IMG/VR virus record: IMGVR_UViG_3300033977_000098
Location: 1-64,000 of that record
Length of the DNA: 64,000 nt
Reading direction: 5' to 3' (one strand)
Source: a virus
The notes under the pieces were generated by a model. That model searched no databases, was not told the origin of the DNA, and saw nothing but the letters and a program-made list of their open reading frames with translations. The translations under genes and the position numbers were made by a program. This document shows, piece after piece, positions 35,257 to 44,865 of this stretch (position 1 is the first letter of the stretch; every line of letters starts with the position of its first letter).

Positions 35257-35811
35257 CTAGCCCGCAGGTGCTCCGCCGTCAAGCACTTGCGCAATAGAGT
35301 TGGGCGGCGCGGGTGGCGCTCCGTTCTCGCCATTACCCCCGTTGTTCACAATCTCGGCGTCAATCGCGTTGCCATTGTCGAGTTGAGGAGTGAATGCGGC
35401 CGGCGGCTTCCTGTCCGCAAACCCCAACGCCTCGCGCACCGCAAACACCCATTCGACCCGTTCCGGCGGCAATGGCTTGCCTCCGGGGCCCCCAATCTCG
35501 TGCCGCTCCGTCTTTGCAAACAATTGCGGCCAACGGCGCTCCAACAGCCACGCCGCCGCTGTCCATTGGCCATTCTTGGCCGCAAGCAGGATGATCGACG
35601 TGAGACCCTGGATCAATTCTCCTTCTGCGCCTTTTATCGCGGCGACAAGCTCCAACTTTTTACGTTTCGCCTTGTTAAGTGTCGAATCATCAATGTGAGC
35701 GAGACGGCAGGCATATTCCAGGGGGACGCCGATCCTCAAGGCGTCGCAGATCACCTTGACCCTTTTAGGCGTGAGAGTGTGACGTTTCCTGCTGTGGGAT
35801 GTCGTTGCCAT
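35257..35811 (-). CDS. terS: Terminase small subunit
   Basis: HTH followed by WTAAAWLLERRWP; directly upstream of terL. Confidence 0.75.
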   Translation of the reverse strand: MATTSHSRKRHTLTPKRVKVICDALRIGVPLEYACRLAHIDDSTLNKAKRKKLELVAAIKGAEGELIQGLTSIILLAAKNGQWTAAAWLLERRWPQLFAKTERHEIGGPGGKPLPPERVEWVFAVREALGFADRKPPAAFTPQLDNGNAIDAEIVNNGGNGENGAPPAPPNSIAQVLDGGAPAG

Positions 35812-35883
35812 GCAAATTCAAGGCGCGAAGGGCTCCAAAGGTATCTTCACAGCCCCTGTGCTCCTCGCCTCATTGTCCTGCCA

Positions 35884-36066
35884 CTATCGCCGACGTCGAG
35901 GACGAGCTTTAGGCGGCTTCGGCACCCGTCTGACCCTTGCTGGCCGAGGTGTTGCGCTAGTTACCCCCCTGCCCGTAGCCCTCGTCGTGAGCCGTTCCGG
36001 CTCGTAGTTCACAATTACTGGCCCCTCGTACTGCCAACGAAAATGCAACGCATCGCTGAGTTGCAT
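35884..36066 (-). CDS. Small Arg-rich basic peptide
   Basis: GGAGGT SD; TTGACC-17-TACCGT upstream; RPARVRRVPKPPKARPRRRR tail. Confidence 0.5.
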   Translation of the reverse strand: MQLSDALHFRWQYEGPVIVNYEPERLTTRATGRGVTSATPRPARVRRVPKPPKARPRRRR

Positions 36067-36183
36067 GTTCCTAAACCTCCAGCCTAATTACGCAAAACCA
36101 AAGTCACGGTACATAGGAGAGTGTGAGAGGTCAAGGTTTATTTTTTTTGAAGCTTCATCCCCCGCGCTGCGCGCGGGGCGGAA

Positions 36184-36813
36184 CTACATCCGAATTCTCC
36201 GAAACGAGATGACCCACACCCAAGGATTGCTTGACCAAGGACATCTCTTGTCGTTGATAGAGTCCCAAATGTCCGCAAAAGCCAAGATTGGCCCAGCAAG
36301 GCGGCGGAGCCAATCGCCTCCCAAGTACCGTGAGTCGTGGCGCGGCACCCCTTCGGCTATAGCATCCTGTTCTGTGATATCCTGTAATCGCTCGACCCGC
36401 ACAGCGGTAATGCCCAGCGTCAGCCGCGAGGCCCAGCGAGGCATGAAAATGGCAGGCTTCCAGCGCAGGACATTACCGTGTTCTCCGTCAGCCCTATAAG
36501 CCCACGCACAACGTAATTCCTCGGCCTTCGCTTCGCCCACTTCACGAAAGGTCTCTCGCACCCAAAGCCGGTCACCTGGCCTCCCGTAGGCGCATTTGAT
36601 GAGTTCAGAACAACCATCAGCCATAAACCATCTTACGCCGTCTTGCAATGGCCATTGAGGAACTACCGCAACCGCGCCTCTTGCCAGAAATTCTGGACAA
36701 GGTTGGGGGTGGCAAACCCGCCTCGTCATGGTCTTGCGGCCCTCAAGAACAGCTTGAACCATCGGGCCAGAAAAGATTATCGGACGTTCCTTCACCGTGA
36801 GCTCTGTACTCAT
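36184..36813 (-). CDS. ASCH/PUA-like phage protein
   Basis: KERPIIFSGPMV..GRKTMTRR, PGDRLWVRE, WKPAIFMPRWASR, NPWVWVISF. Confidence 0.85.
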   Translation of the reverse strand: MSTELTVKERPIIFSGPMVQAVLEGRKTMTRRVCHPQPCPEFLARGAVAVVPQWPLQDGVRWFMADGCSELIKCAYGRPGDRLWVRETFREVGEAKAEELRCAWAYRADGEHGNVLRWKPAIFMPRWASRLTLGITAVRVERLQDITEQDAIAEGVPRHDSRYLGGDWLRRLAGPILAFADIWDSINDKRCPWSSNPWVWVISFRRIRM

Positions 36814-36910
36814 GTCACCTCCACTGCGTGCGTCAAATGGTATGTTCCATAAGCCTTCGGGTAATCCTTTAGAATGTGGGGCACTAGGATCGTTTCCCAG
36901 TCTTGCAGGC

Positions 36911-37813
36911 TCACCCAGCCTGAATCGTTGTGCGGGTACGCCTAGCTCTCGCACTTTTCCGTTCAATCTCCTGCCGTGCCCGGCGCCGCGCTGCCAATTC
37001 CGCAGCCTCTTCGAGCGTCATCGCCAACTCCGCGAGTTGCGCTCGCAGCCTTACCGTGCTGGGAGGAAACGGTAGTAAGGGTAAGGCGATCCCCATGCGC
37101 GCTGCCAGCTTCATCCCGTCCAAGTAACTTCCGCGATAGAGTTTCTCCCCTGCCCACAGAGTTTCGATGAAGAAATCTCGCTGTTCGAAGCTTCCGAAAC
37201 ACACGCAGAACCAGTACTCTTTTTCATTCACCATATCAAGATAAGCGCGCCGTTTCTGTGCGGCTTTAAATATGCTGTCACGCTTTGTCGCCGCGATCTG
37301 TGCTTTGCGGTCGGCCTCCGCCTTTTCCAGTTCCGCGGGCAGTATCAACTTATCGCTCACAGCCAGAATTTCCTCGTCTTGACCGCTGGGGTTTATGACC
37401 TTGGCCGTACACGCGGGTAGAATAATCCCTAAATCCCGCGCCAACCCGATGCCATCAATGTACTTGTCCATGCCTTCCGCATGGACCGTCGGCCACGCCT
37501 TTTCAATGAAGACCTCCTTCTGCTCCTGGCGCTCGAAGACCGCGCAAAACCAGTACGGGGTTGCGCCTGCCCAAAACTCCTTTCTGGGTTTATGTTCATC
37601 AAGCGCCTTTTCCAGCCGCGCCAGCGCTTCCAGCCCTTGCCGCAGCCAAGCGTCAGCCTTAAATTTCTTGTCAAGCCGCACGCTCTCGTTTAAGCTCTCG
37701 GGCAGCAAGTCTGTAATGAATTCCAATCCGGCGCCGTCAGCGTGATCCTTCCCTAACAGCTTGTCCAGATAGTCCAACTGCCCTGTGCTGAACTGCGAAT
37801 TCGTGCCGCGCAA
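36911..37813 (-). CDS. Hypothetical partner of the PAPS reductase, with an internal domain duplication
   Basis: Two copies of YWFC..F...EQ...F......Y.DG..LA..LGI.LP; GGAGG-TTG start inferred. Confidence 0.6.
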   Translation of the reverse strand: MRGTNSQFSTGQLDYLDKLLGKDHADGAGLEFITDLLPESLNESVRLDKKFKADAWLRQGLEALARLEKALDEHKPRKEFWAGATPYWFCAVFERQEQKEVFIEKAWPTVHAEGMDKYIDGIGLARDLGIILPACTAKVINPSGQDEEILAVSDKLILPAELEKAEADRKAQIAATKRDSIFKAAQKRRAYLDMVNEKEYWFCVCFGSFEQRDFFIETLWAGEKLYRGSYLDGMKLAARMGIALPLLPFPPSTVRLRAQLAELAMTLEEAAELAARRRARQEIERKSARARRTRTTIQAG

Positions 37814-38501
37814 ATTCCGCCTCCACCATCGGAAAGATTTTCTTGATGCGTGCAAAATCCTCGGGAAAGAATCGCTCAATATTAACCAAATACTTATAAT
37901 CGAAATTTTCCCACGACCGGTCCATAAACTTGTAGTCAACAGCCAACTTGATGCCTGCGTCCCGAATCGTGCTGAGCACTCGTGCCAACGGCCAGTCCCA
38001 AATCGGCTTGAATTCGTGCCTCTCGAAGTTGAGCGGCCCATATTTGTTGAGAACAAACCCGCGAAGCATCGAATCCTCTGTGCGAATCCCAAATCCGCCC
38101 CAGGCGTGCTCCGGGAGATCCAATTGTTGTTTGAGTGCGACCCGCGCCTTGTCGAACCAGTAGAAACGCGGCCAATGTGAGTCAAGCGCATCGAGAAGCG
38201 GCCAGCGTTCGGGCGGCTGATAGATGAATTCACGCAAGGCCGTGATCGTGTTGTTGTGCATCATCCGCACAATTTTGCTGCCTAACTTATCCTCCAAATA
38301 ATCGAGATAATCTTCCACGAAGTGCAGGCCCGGCAGATAGGACATATGAATCGGCACGATGCGCTTAAAATACGGCCGACAAGCAACCCACATCGCGACA
38401 GAATCCTTCCCACGACTGAGACTCAATAAGATCGTGTCCGTCAGCTTCGCCACTTGCGCGACTGTCTCATCGCCCGTAGGCCAGTTGATTTCCTGAATCA
38501 C
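37737..38501 (-). CDS. PAPS-reductase-family (PP-loop) protein
   Basis: LSLSRGKDSVA, GIRTEDSMLR, FKPIWDW. Confidence 0.8.
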   Translation of the reverse strand: MIQEINWPTGDETVAQVAKLTDTILLSLSRGKDSVAMWVACRPYFKRIVPIHMSYLPGLHFVEDYLDYLEDKLGSKIVRMMHNNTITALREFIYQPPERWPLLDALDSHWPRFYWFDKARVALKQQLDLPEHAWGGFGIRTEDSMLRGFVLNKYGPLNFERHEFKPIWDWPLARVLSTIRDAGIKLAVDYKFMDRSWENFDYKYLVNIERFFPEDFARIKKIFPMVEAEFARHEFAVQHRAVGLSGQAVREGSR

Positions 38502-38885
38502 GGCTTCACCACCCTCCGCGTTCCTGACAGCATCGTACCCTCAGCCTTCCAGCGAATCCAGTTGAATCGTAGCCGTTGTAGGAATGCCCATAGTGCAAGT
38601 CCTGGATCTCCGTCCGCGTCACGGTGAACTGCTCCAACTCGTAAATGACCGCGTGCCCGCTTGCGCCGGGCCCCAACATTCTCGTTATTTCCTCGATCCT
38701 AAATTTGCGCTGCCCGATCATTTCCTTTTTCCTTCAATAGCGCTAGCCGGTAGAGCCAGGCATCCAGCGCCGCATTCAGCTCGACCCCGTCGCGGGCCGC
38801 CGCCACCTCGGTCTCCAGCAGCAACTCAATCTCCGTTTCGTTCATCGGCCCTCTGCGATTGACGTACCTACCAACAAATCACCAC

Positions 38886-38973
38886 CATTATACCGCGCCT
38901 GTCAAGCCCTTTCACGGCATATAAGCGCACAGCTAGAAAATTCCCTTGCTTTCCTCCTGTGTGCTGCTACAAT
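38886..38973. promoter_or_regulatory. Divergent promoter region between the leftward and rightward gene blocks
   Basis: + strand TTGCTT-16-(TGc)TACAAT; - strand TATAAT near 38890; gene orientation flips here. Confidence 0.5.
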
Positions 38974-39021
38974 ATAGCCGTAAGATAGCTGCCAAGCTAT
39001 ATTGAAGGAGGACTGCAACAT

Positions 39022-39219
39022 TTGCAAACCGAACTGACTTTCCCGTTGCGGCTCGCGGAGAAATACCGGGGCCGAACCTTGAGCGACTTTATTGGACTCG
39101 AACGACCAAAAGCCGTGTTAGCGACCTTCCTCGCCAAGCCTTACCTGGAAGCTTTTTTCTTCCTTGGGCAGAAACTCGATTACCGATACGAGTACGTCAT
39201 CATGCCGATGCAGGCTTGA
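39022..39219 (+). pseudogene. Truncated clamp-loader-type AAA+ ATPase fragment
   Basis: LAEKYR..TLSDFIG..K..L; breaks off at FFFLG, before Walker A. Confidence 0.65.
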
Positions 39220-39305
39220 CGGCAGGATGCAACCAAGCTACATTATGGCGTGAGCCGGGCCACAGTCCGGCTCACGCCGGAAAGGACAATCAGAGGAGCA
39301 ACGGA

Positions 39306-39527
39306 ATGAAAAGACCCAAAAGGATGCCGGACCACGCAGGCTTTGAAGTTATGCATCTGCGCTTCCGCTCGGACGAAATCGCCAAGGTGCGTGCCGTGGT
39401 GAACAAGCGCCTCGAAGCCTACCGCAAGTCGCCCCGCACCACCGCGAAACCAACGCTGACGGATTTTGTGGTCTTGGCCGCCGTGGAACGCGCCAATGCC
39501 GAGCTCGCCCAGGGAGCGGTGGAATAA
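39306..39527 (+). CDS. Small RHH-like DNA-binding protein
   Basis: MHLRF..DE...V, TLTDFV..AAVERA. Confidence 0.5.
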   Translation: MKRPKRMPDHAGFEVMHLRFRSDEIAKVRAVVNKRLEAYRKSPRTTAKPTLTDFVVLAAVERANAELAQGAVE

Positions 39528-40375
39528 TGGGCGAGAACTCCAAGATAAGTTGGACGCACCATACATTCAACCCTTGGTGGGTTTGCACGCAAGTATCCCC
39601 GGGCTGCGACCATTGCTACGCCATGGAGCTGGCGCACCGGCTTGGTTACGACTGGAACCAAAATGCGCCGCGCCTGTTCTTTGGCGAGAAGCATTGGAGA
39701 GAACCCTTGCGCTGGAATCAGCGCGCCCAAAGTCAGGGTGAACGTGAGCGCGTCTTCTGCGGCTCCATGTGCGACATCCTCGACACTTGGCAAGGCGAAA
39801 TCATTTACTCCGGTGCACCGCCCGCGCAAGAACGCGCCAGGAAGTGGTGGGGAACCGGTTGGCCGCAGGCTTGGGGCGCCCGTCCTGTCAATCTCAATCT
39901 CGCCCGCGAGCTACTCTGGGAACTAATCGACGCCACATATTGGCTCGACTGGCTTCTGCTTACGAAACGGCCCCAGGATTACCGCAAGATGTTGCCTCGG
40001 CGTTGGCTGAAGAATCCCCGTCCAAACGTTTGGATAATGACCACAGTGGAAAGCCGCGAATACCTGTGGCGACTAGATGCCATCGCCGCGATCCCCGCCG
40101 TGGTTCACGGCGTGTCGTGGGAGCCGGCGCTTGGGTACATCAACTTTATACCCTACGCTCAGCGTATGCCGTCGCTATGGGTGATTGGAGGTGGTGAATC
40201 CTGCGCTGGCTGCCGTCCTTTTGACCCCAACTGGGCCAGGCTGGTCCGCGAGGATCTGGCGCCGACCCACACGCCGTTTTTCCTGAAGCAGCTTGGGGGG
40301 CACCCAGACAAGCAAGATAAACCCGCGCGCTGGCCGCCCGACCTCCGCGTACAGCAATTTCCGGTAGTGTCCTAA
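39527..40375 (+). CDS. Phage Gp37Gp68 / DUF5131 protein
   Basis: SKISWTHHTFNPWWVC..VSPGCDHCYA, LLTKRP, WVIGGGES, FFLKQLGG. Confidence 0.92.
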   Translation: MGENSKISWTHHTFNPWWVCTQVSPGCDHCYAMELAHRLGYDWNQNAPRLFFGEKHWREPLRWNQRAQSQGERERVFCGSMCDILDTWQGEIIYSGAPPAQERARKWWGTGWPQAWGARPVNLNLARELLWELIDATYWLDWLLLTKRPQDYRKMLPRRWLKNPRPNVWIMTTVESREYLWRLDAIAAIPAVVHGVSWEPALGYINFIPYAQRMPSLWVIGGGESCAGCRPFDPNWARLVREDLAPTHTPFFLKQLGGHPDKQDKPARWPPDLRVQQFPVVS

Positions 40376-40382
40376 AATTGCG

Positions 40383-40410
40383 TTGACAACATACTTGAAA
40401 CTGCTAAACT
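40383..40410 (+). promoter_or_regulatory. tnpB promoter with its -35 inside the left TIR
   Basis: TTGACA-16-(TGc)TAAACT. Confidence 0.6.
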
Positions 40411-40456
40411 AAGAAGTGGCTGGAGGGCCGTAACCCTGCCAGCCACAAGCCAAAGG

Positions 40457-41623
40457 ATGTCGAGGCATCCGATGACCAACCAAAGTATAATCCGCCGCAC
40501 CTATCAGTTTCAACTCCGCCCTACAAAAAGACAGATTCGTTTGCTTGAATCGGCTTTGGCTGTGTCCTGTGAGGTTTACAACGCGGCTCTTCAGGAAAGG
40601 CGTGAGGCTTGGAAGCGCTGTCGCAAGAGTGTAACCGCTTTTGACCAAACTAAGGAACTCACCGAAATTAGAGCGATTCGGATGGATGTCGCAGAGTTGC
40701 CCGTCGATATGGTGCGTGAGCCGATTCGCCGGGTGGACAGAGCGTTTCAGGCGTTTTTCCGAAGGTGCAAGGCAGGCCAGAAGCCAGGGTTCCCACGTTT
40801 CCGCTTGCGGGACCGCTATGACTCTCTGGCGATGTCTTCTCCAACCTTCAAGGTTGAAGGGGGAACCATCATTGTGAGCAAGATGGGCGGCTTCAGGATG
40901 CGGATGCACCGCGAAATGCGAGGCACGCCGAAGCACTGTACCATAAAGCGCAGCGGGAAACGCTGGAGGGTTTCGATCACTTGTGAATGCGGCCCTGTTC
41001 CCGAGAGGAAGCCTGTATCTTCGGCTATTGGGATTGATTTGGGCTTGACGCACTTTCTCACGTTCTCGGATGGCCAGATAATTGACGCGCCGAAATGGGT
41101 GAAGGAAAGTGAAGCGGAAATCGCACGCAGGAACCGCGAATTGGCAACCAAAAAGCGGGGATCGCGGAATCGGCGCAAAGCAAAAGAGCAACTGAGGCGG
41201 GCGCACGAGCGCGTGGCGAATCGCCGATTGAACTTTTGCCACCACCTCTCGAAGCGGCTGATGGAGAATTTCGACCTTGTCGCTTTCGAGAAGCTGAACA
41301 TCTCCAGTATGATCAATGGAAAGTTCGATAAGAACATCTTGTCGGTGGCGTGGGGAATTCTGCTCTGGCAACTCACCTACAAAGCTGCGAACGCTGGCAA
41401 GTGGGCAGTGCCGGTCAATCCCCGAGGGACGACGAAGCGATGTTCGGGATGCGAAACGGAAGTTCCGAAAGCCTTGTGGGACCGCGTTCATCGTTGCCCC
41501 CGGTGTGGTTTGGTGATCGACAGAGACCATAATGCCGCTATCAACATACTTTCCGAAGGTTTGCGGCTCGGTAGGAGCCGTGCGGAGCCCTTGCTCCAAA
41601 GAGTCCCGTCAACGCAATTTTAG
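40457..41623 (+). CDS. tnpB: RNA-guided endonuclease TnpB
   Basis: YQFQLRPT, KPGFPRFR, RuvC IGIDLG / VAFEKL / DRDHNAAINI, CSGC..CPRC. Confidence 0.95.
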   Translation: MSRHPMTNQSIIRRTYQFQLRPTKRQIRLLESALAVSCEVYNAALQERREAWKRCRKSVTAFDQTKELTEIRAIRMDVAELPVDMVREPIRRVDRAFQAFFRRCKAGQKPGFPRFRLRDRYDSLAMSSPTFKVEGGTIIVSKMGGFRMRMHREMRGTPKHCTIKRSGKRWRVSITCECGPVPERKPVSSAIGIDLGLTHFLTFSDGQIIDAPKWVKESEAEIARRNRELATKKRGSRNRRKAKEQLRRAHERVANRRLNFCHHLSKRLMENFDLVAFEKLNISSMINGKFDKNILSVAWGILLWQLTYKAANAGKWAVPVNPRGTTKRCSGCETEVPKALWDRVHRCPRCGLVIDRDHNAAINILSEGLRLGRSRAEPLLQRVPSTQF

Positions 41624-41925
41624 GACACTACCCAATCCACAAGCGAATAAGCCCACTGGCAACCGTCATCAGCGCGACAGGCTGAGGGCACACTTGATAG
41701 CGCCTCTGAACATCATCTTCCCGTAGCAGAGCAAAGCGAAAGGACAAACCTCGTGACCACCCAAGAATCCCTTCTCGTCCAACAAAGCCGCGACCCTAAC
41801 GTGGTCATGGCCATCTTGGTCGATATTATGCTGAGAACCGTTTCTGGTCTCAGCGCCCTGCAACTTTCGTTTCTTCACCAACAACCCCGTTATATCAATT
41901 AAAATCTCTCGAAAGGAGAATCACC

Positions 41926-41990
41926 GTGGACTTCCTCAGTCAGTTCAAAGCTGCGCGCAATGCCAGCACGCCGCTCATTGCAGTCAGCCG
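41926..41990 (+). pseudogene. N-terminal fragment of an AAA ATPase-like phage gene
   Basis: Strong SD + MDFLSQFKAARNASTPLIAV, then loses coding character. Confidence 0.35.
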
Positions 41991-42291
41991 TGCGCAAATT
42001 CCGAGTCTGAGAAAGGAGCAAAACCGTGTTAGCCCAAATCCAAGCTCTCCGCGTGTTCTGGTATCGCGCCAGCGGCCAGTACGACCGCACCGTGAACCGC
42101 CGACTCGCGGAAATCCGAAAGGAGAAATCCGTGAACCCCTACACCTGCGTTGCCTGTGGCGGCGCAATCGACAACAAAGGCTTCTGCCTGAACTGCGGCG
42201 CCCAGGCCGGCACCGTCTGCCCGGTAGTGGTACAGTTTGAATTTTTTAGGGCTGTGGAGCGCACTTGAGCTTGCGGGCTCCGCTGGCACTG

Positions 42292-42669
42292 CTAATGTTG
42301 GTGCGCAGCCGAGAGTACTGACTGCGCCCAGGTCGCCATTTCTTTAGCCTCGTTCGAAACGAGCTTGAATCCCGTGCCCCGCGCTATTATTGCCTTGAGT
42401 TCCTGCTCAGCGCGGCTTCGAGCAGAATCGCCATGCTCGCCCCGTACAGCATGGACCAAATACTCCTGGAACGGAAGCCACACGGCACCGCAGGAAAGGC
42501 AAAAAGCCTGCACTGTGAGTTTCCCATTCTGCGCTACTAGAACACTGGCGGCCATATCCTCAGTCAGAAATGCTGTCAGCAAGCCAGCAGCAACATTTTT
42601 CATCGGGACCAACTGACCCTGCACCGTGTTGGCCCCGCACTTTGGGCAGGATACTTGAGACGTGTTCAT
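42292..42669 (-). CDS. Zn-ribbon hypothetical protein
   Basis: CPKCG..CLSCG. Confidence 0.55.
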   Translation of the reverse strand: MNTSQVSCPKCGANTVQGQLVPMKNVAAGLLTAFLTEDMAASVLVAQNGKLTVQAFCLSCGAVWLPFQEYLVHAVRGEHGDSARSRAEQELKAIIARGTGFKLVSNEAKEMATWAQSVLSAAHQH

Positions 42670-42828
42670 GGAGCACCTCCACGGTGCGGCGTATGCGCCT
42701 AGCGTTACGACGCGCATCATACTGCTGCCCTAGGGCAAAGACAAGCACGCCATGAAAAAAGGGTGTATTTTCAATTTAGGCCAGGAAAGTTCTTGCTTCT
42801 GTCAAAAAAATTCTGTTAGGGTTAACCC

Positions 42829-43197
42829 ATGACCGACAGAGAATGGAAGGCTATTGATTCGCTAGCAGAGGATGAATGGGAAATCTTCAAGCAGAAGGTC
42901 AAGGCTGAGTGCGAACAGATGGCCAGCGTCACATCCATGGACTTTAGGTACACAGAGACAAGCGCAACCTTGGAAGTTCAGAGATTTGAAAATGGCGTAG
43001 CTATGAAGGTTTTGCGCCTCCGATTTGACGCCGCAGTGCCACGAATCGTCTGGCAGTGCCTCAATCCATCCGAGAGGAAAGGGTGGATTACCTTCCAGCT
43101 CCATGGTCCGAATCTCTTTTATCTCTTTGGCAACGTGAATACGCCGATACCGGAAATCATCGCGCGCCTGACCATGTGCTTGACGGGTCAGCTCTAA
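42829..43197 (+). CDS. Hypothetical protein
   Basis: Clean 122-aa ORF of lower GC. Confidence 0.55.
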   Translation: MTDREWKAIDSLAEDEWEIFKQKVKAECEQMASVTSMDFRYTETSATLEVQRFENGVAMKVLRLRFDAAVPRIVWQCLNPSERKGWITFQLHGPNLFYLFGNVNTPIPEIIARLTMCLTGQL

Positions 43198-43420
43198 ACT
43201 CTCAGATTTCAGTTCTTTTTCTCAGCGAAAGCGCAAGGAAGGCCGTCCTAGCACGGTGGGCCAAGTACAACGCTAAGACGGCCTGAGCCTTGCGTTTGCT
43301 CTTGACTGGTGGGGACCGACAGTGTAGATTACACACGTGGGACGTTGTACTCGTCATAACGTCTCGATTCGACCGCCAGCGAATCCGCCTGATAAACGAC
43401 ATTCGCTGGCGGTTGTGTTT

Positions 43421-43621
43421 TTAGTTCCTTCTCCTTTTGTGGTCGTGCCCGGCCTCGCAGAGTCTTATCAATTCGTTTCTGGAAATCCGAAAATACTTAC
43501 CGCCAATGCGAGAGGCTTTCAGATCTCCAGTGTCGATCAACCTATAGATCATTACACGACTCGATTGAAGTAACTCTGCGGCCTGCTCCACTGTCAAAAT
43601 TTCCCGATTGTGCTGACGCAT
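43421..43621 (-). CDS. Excisionase-like HTH_17 protein
   Basis: ILTVEQAAELL..SR..IYRLI..GDLKASRIGG..FRI. Confidence 0.8.
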   Translation of the reverse strand: MRQHNREILTVEQAAELLQSSRVMIYRLIDTGDLKASRIGGKYFRISRNELIRLCEAGHDHKRRRN

Positions 43622-43682
43622 CACGGTAACATCCTTACGCATTCGACCATAGAAATGAATAAATACATCACAAGGAAAACCC

Positions 43683-44153
43683 ATGCGCGTCATTTTTCTC
43701 GACATCGACGGCTGTTTGACCAACTCATGGTCGTTTCGCCCTGGATGCCCGTCGGGCCTCCAAGCCGTAGCTGACCCGCTCTGCATCACGGCCCTGAATC
43801 GCATCATCCACACCACCGGCGCCGCTATCGTGATTTCCAGTGATTGGCGCAAAAGTCTCACCAATCGCGGGCTCGCCCGCATCCTACTCCGCTGGGGCGT
43901 ACTCGGCCAATTTATCGGCAGTACGCCCGTCCTGCCAGGCATGATTCGTGGTGAGGAAATCCTCGCATGGCTGCGCCGACATCCGCGCATCAAGCAGTTC
44001 GTCATTCTCGACGATGACCGCGATATGGGACCGCTCGAACCTCACCTCGTCCGCACAGGCTTCCGTAAAGGGCTCACCGAAGCGTTGGCCGACGAGGCTA
44101 TCGCGATTCTCAAGAACCAATCGCTCGCCGTCCAAACCGAATTTTTCGCTTGA
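43683..44153 (+). CDS. HAD-domain protein (RNA-repair HAD_SAK_2-like)
   Basis: VIFLDIDG, IVISSDWR, RGEEI..WL, FVILDDD. Confidence 0.88.
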   Translation: MRVIFLDIDGCLTNSWSFRPGCPSGLQAVADPLCITALNRIIHTTGAAIVISSDWRKSLTNRGLARILLRWGVLGQFIGSTPVLPGMIRGEEILAWLRRHPRIKQFVILDDDRDMGPLEPHLVRTGFRKGLTEALADEAIAILKNQSLAVQTEFFA

Positions 44154-44220
44154 CAGACCTACCAAAGCAATTCAATACTGTATTCCGTAAATTCCATCCG
44201 AAGGAGGATCGGAGATAATC

Positions 44221-44466
44221 ATGGGCAAACATGCTAACTTTGCTATCGTGGAAGACACGGCCAGACATCTACTTATCCGCGACATCGGGCCGTGGAATGT
44301 TTATCCTACGGTTACGAATGACGCCGAAGAAGTCGTGAAAAAACTCGCCCCGATACTCGGCGACCGTCGCCTTTTCTATTTCGATTCGGAAGGCGAATTA
44401 GACGAGTTGTTGGTCAACAACGGGCATTTCGCTGGATTCGCCGTCGTGGACGGAGTAATACCGTGA
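44221..44466 (+). CDS. Phage hypothetical protein
   Basis: SD; TVTNDAEEVV..RRLFYFDSEG. Confidence 0.65.
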   Translation: MGKHANFAIVEDTARHLLIRDIGPWNVYPTVTNDAEEVVKKLAPILGDRRLFYFDSEGELDELLVNNGHFAGFAVVDGVIP

Positions 44467-44865
44467 ACCAATACTCAAGCGTTACCGCCTCGTGTCCAGA
44501 GTGCAATTGGATTCATCGCGTTGATTACAACCCTCGCAAGCATTGGGACACCAAGACCCGCGCCCGATTCGGGCTGCGCCTCCACCTCGAAAAAATCCAC
44601 AAGCAGACTCCTGCCCAAGCGTGGGAAAATGCCCTGCTTCAGTTCCCGGAGGCTAAATGAACAGATCAAGTCTCAAAAAATTAGAGACCAGTGCCTATAA
44701 TAACGGGCGTATGCAGGAAGTGAGTCGCTTCCTGCACTTTTTCAACACGCTTCGCTGCCCGGAAGAAATCTCTTCACGTGCCCTAGCCCGCATCGCCGAT
44801 TTTGCAGACGACGAAATTAACGACATATCCCTCCAAGGCGCATCCGCGCCAGAAAGGAAGGAACC

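Larger units (their letters stand above)
40363..41632 (+). mobile_element. TIR-bounded element carrying only tnpB
   Basis: Perfect 25-bp inverted repeats GGTAGTGTCCTAAAATTGCGTTGAC at 40363-40387 and 41608-41632. Confidence 0.85.

Noticed and set aside
40409-41599. 396-aa ORF antisense to tnpB
   Set aside because: No recognisable motifs; typical shadow ORF, unlike the motif-bearing intein antisense ORF
42761-43670. Possible further TIR cassette around 42829-43621
   Set aside because: Only weak end similarity and no TSD
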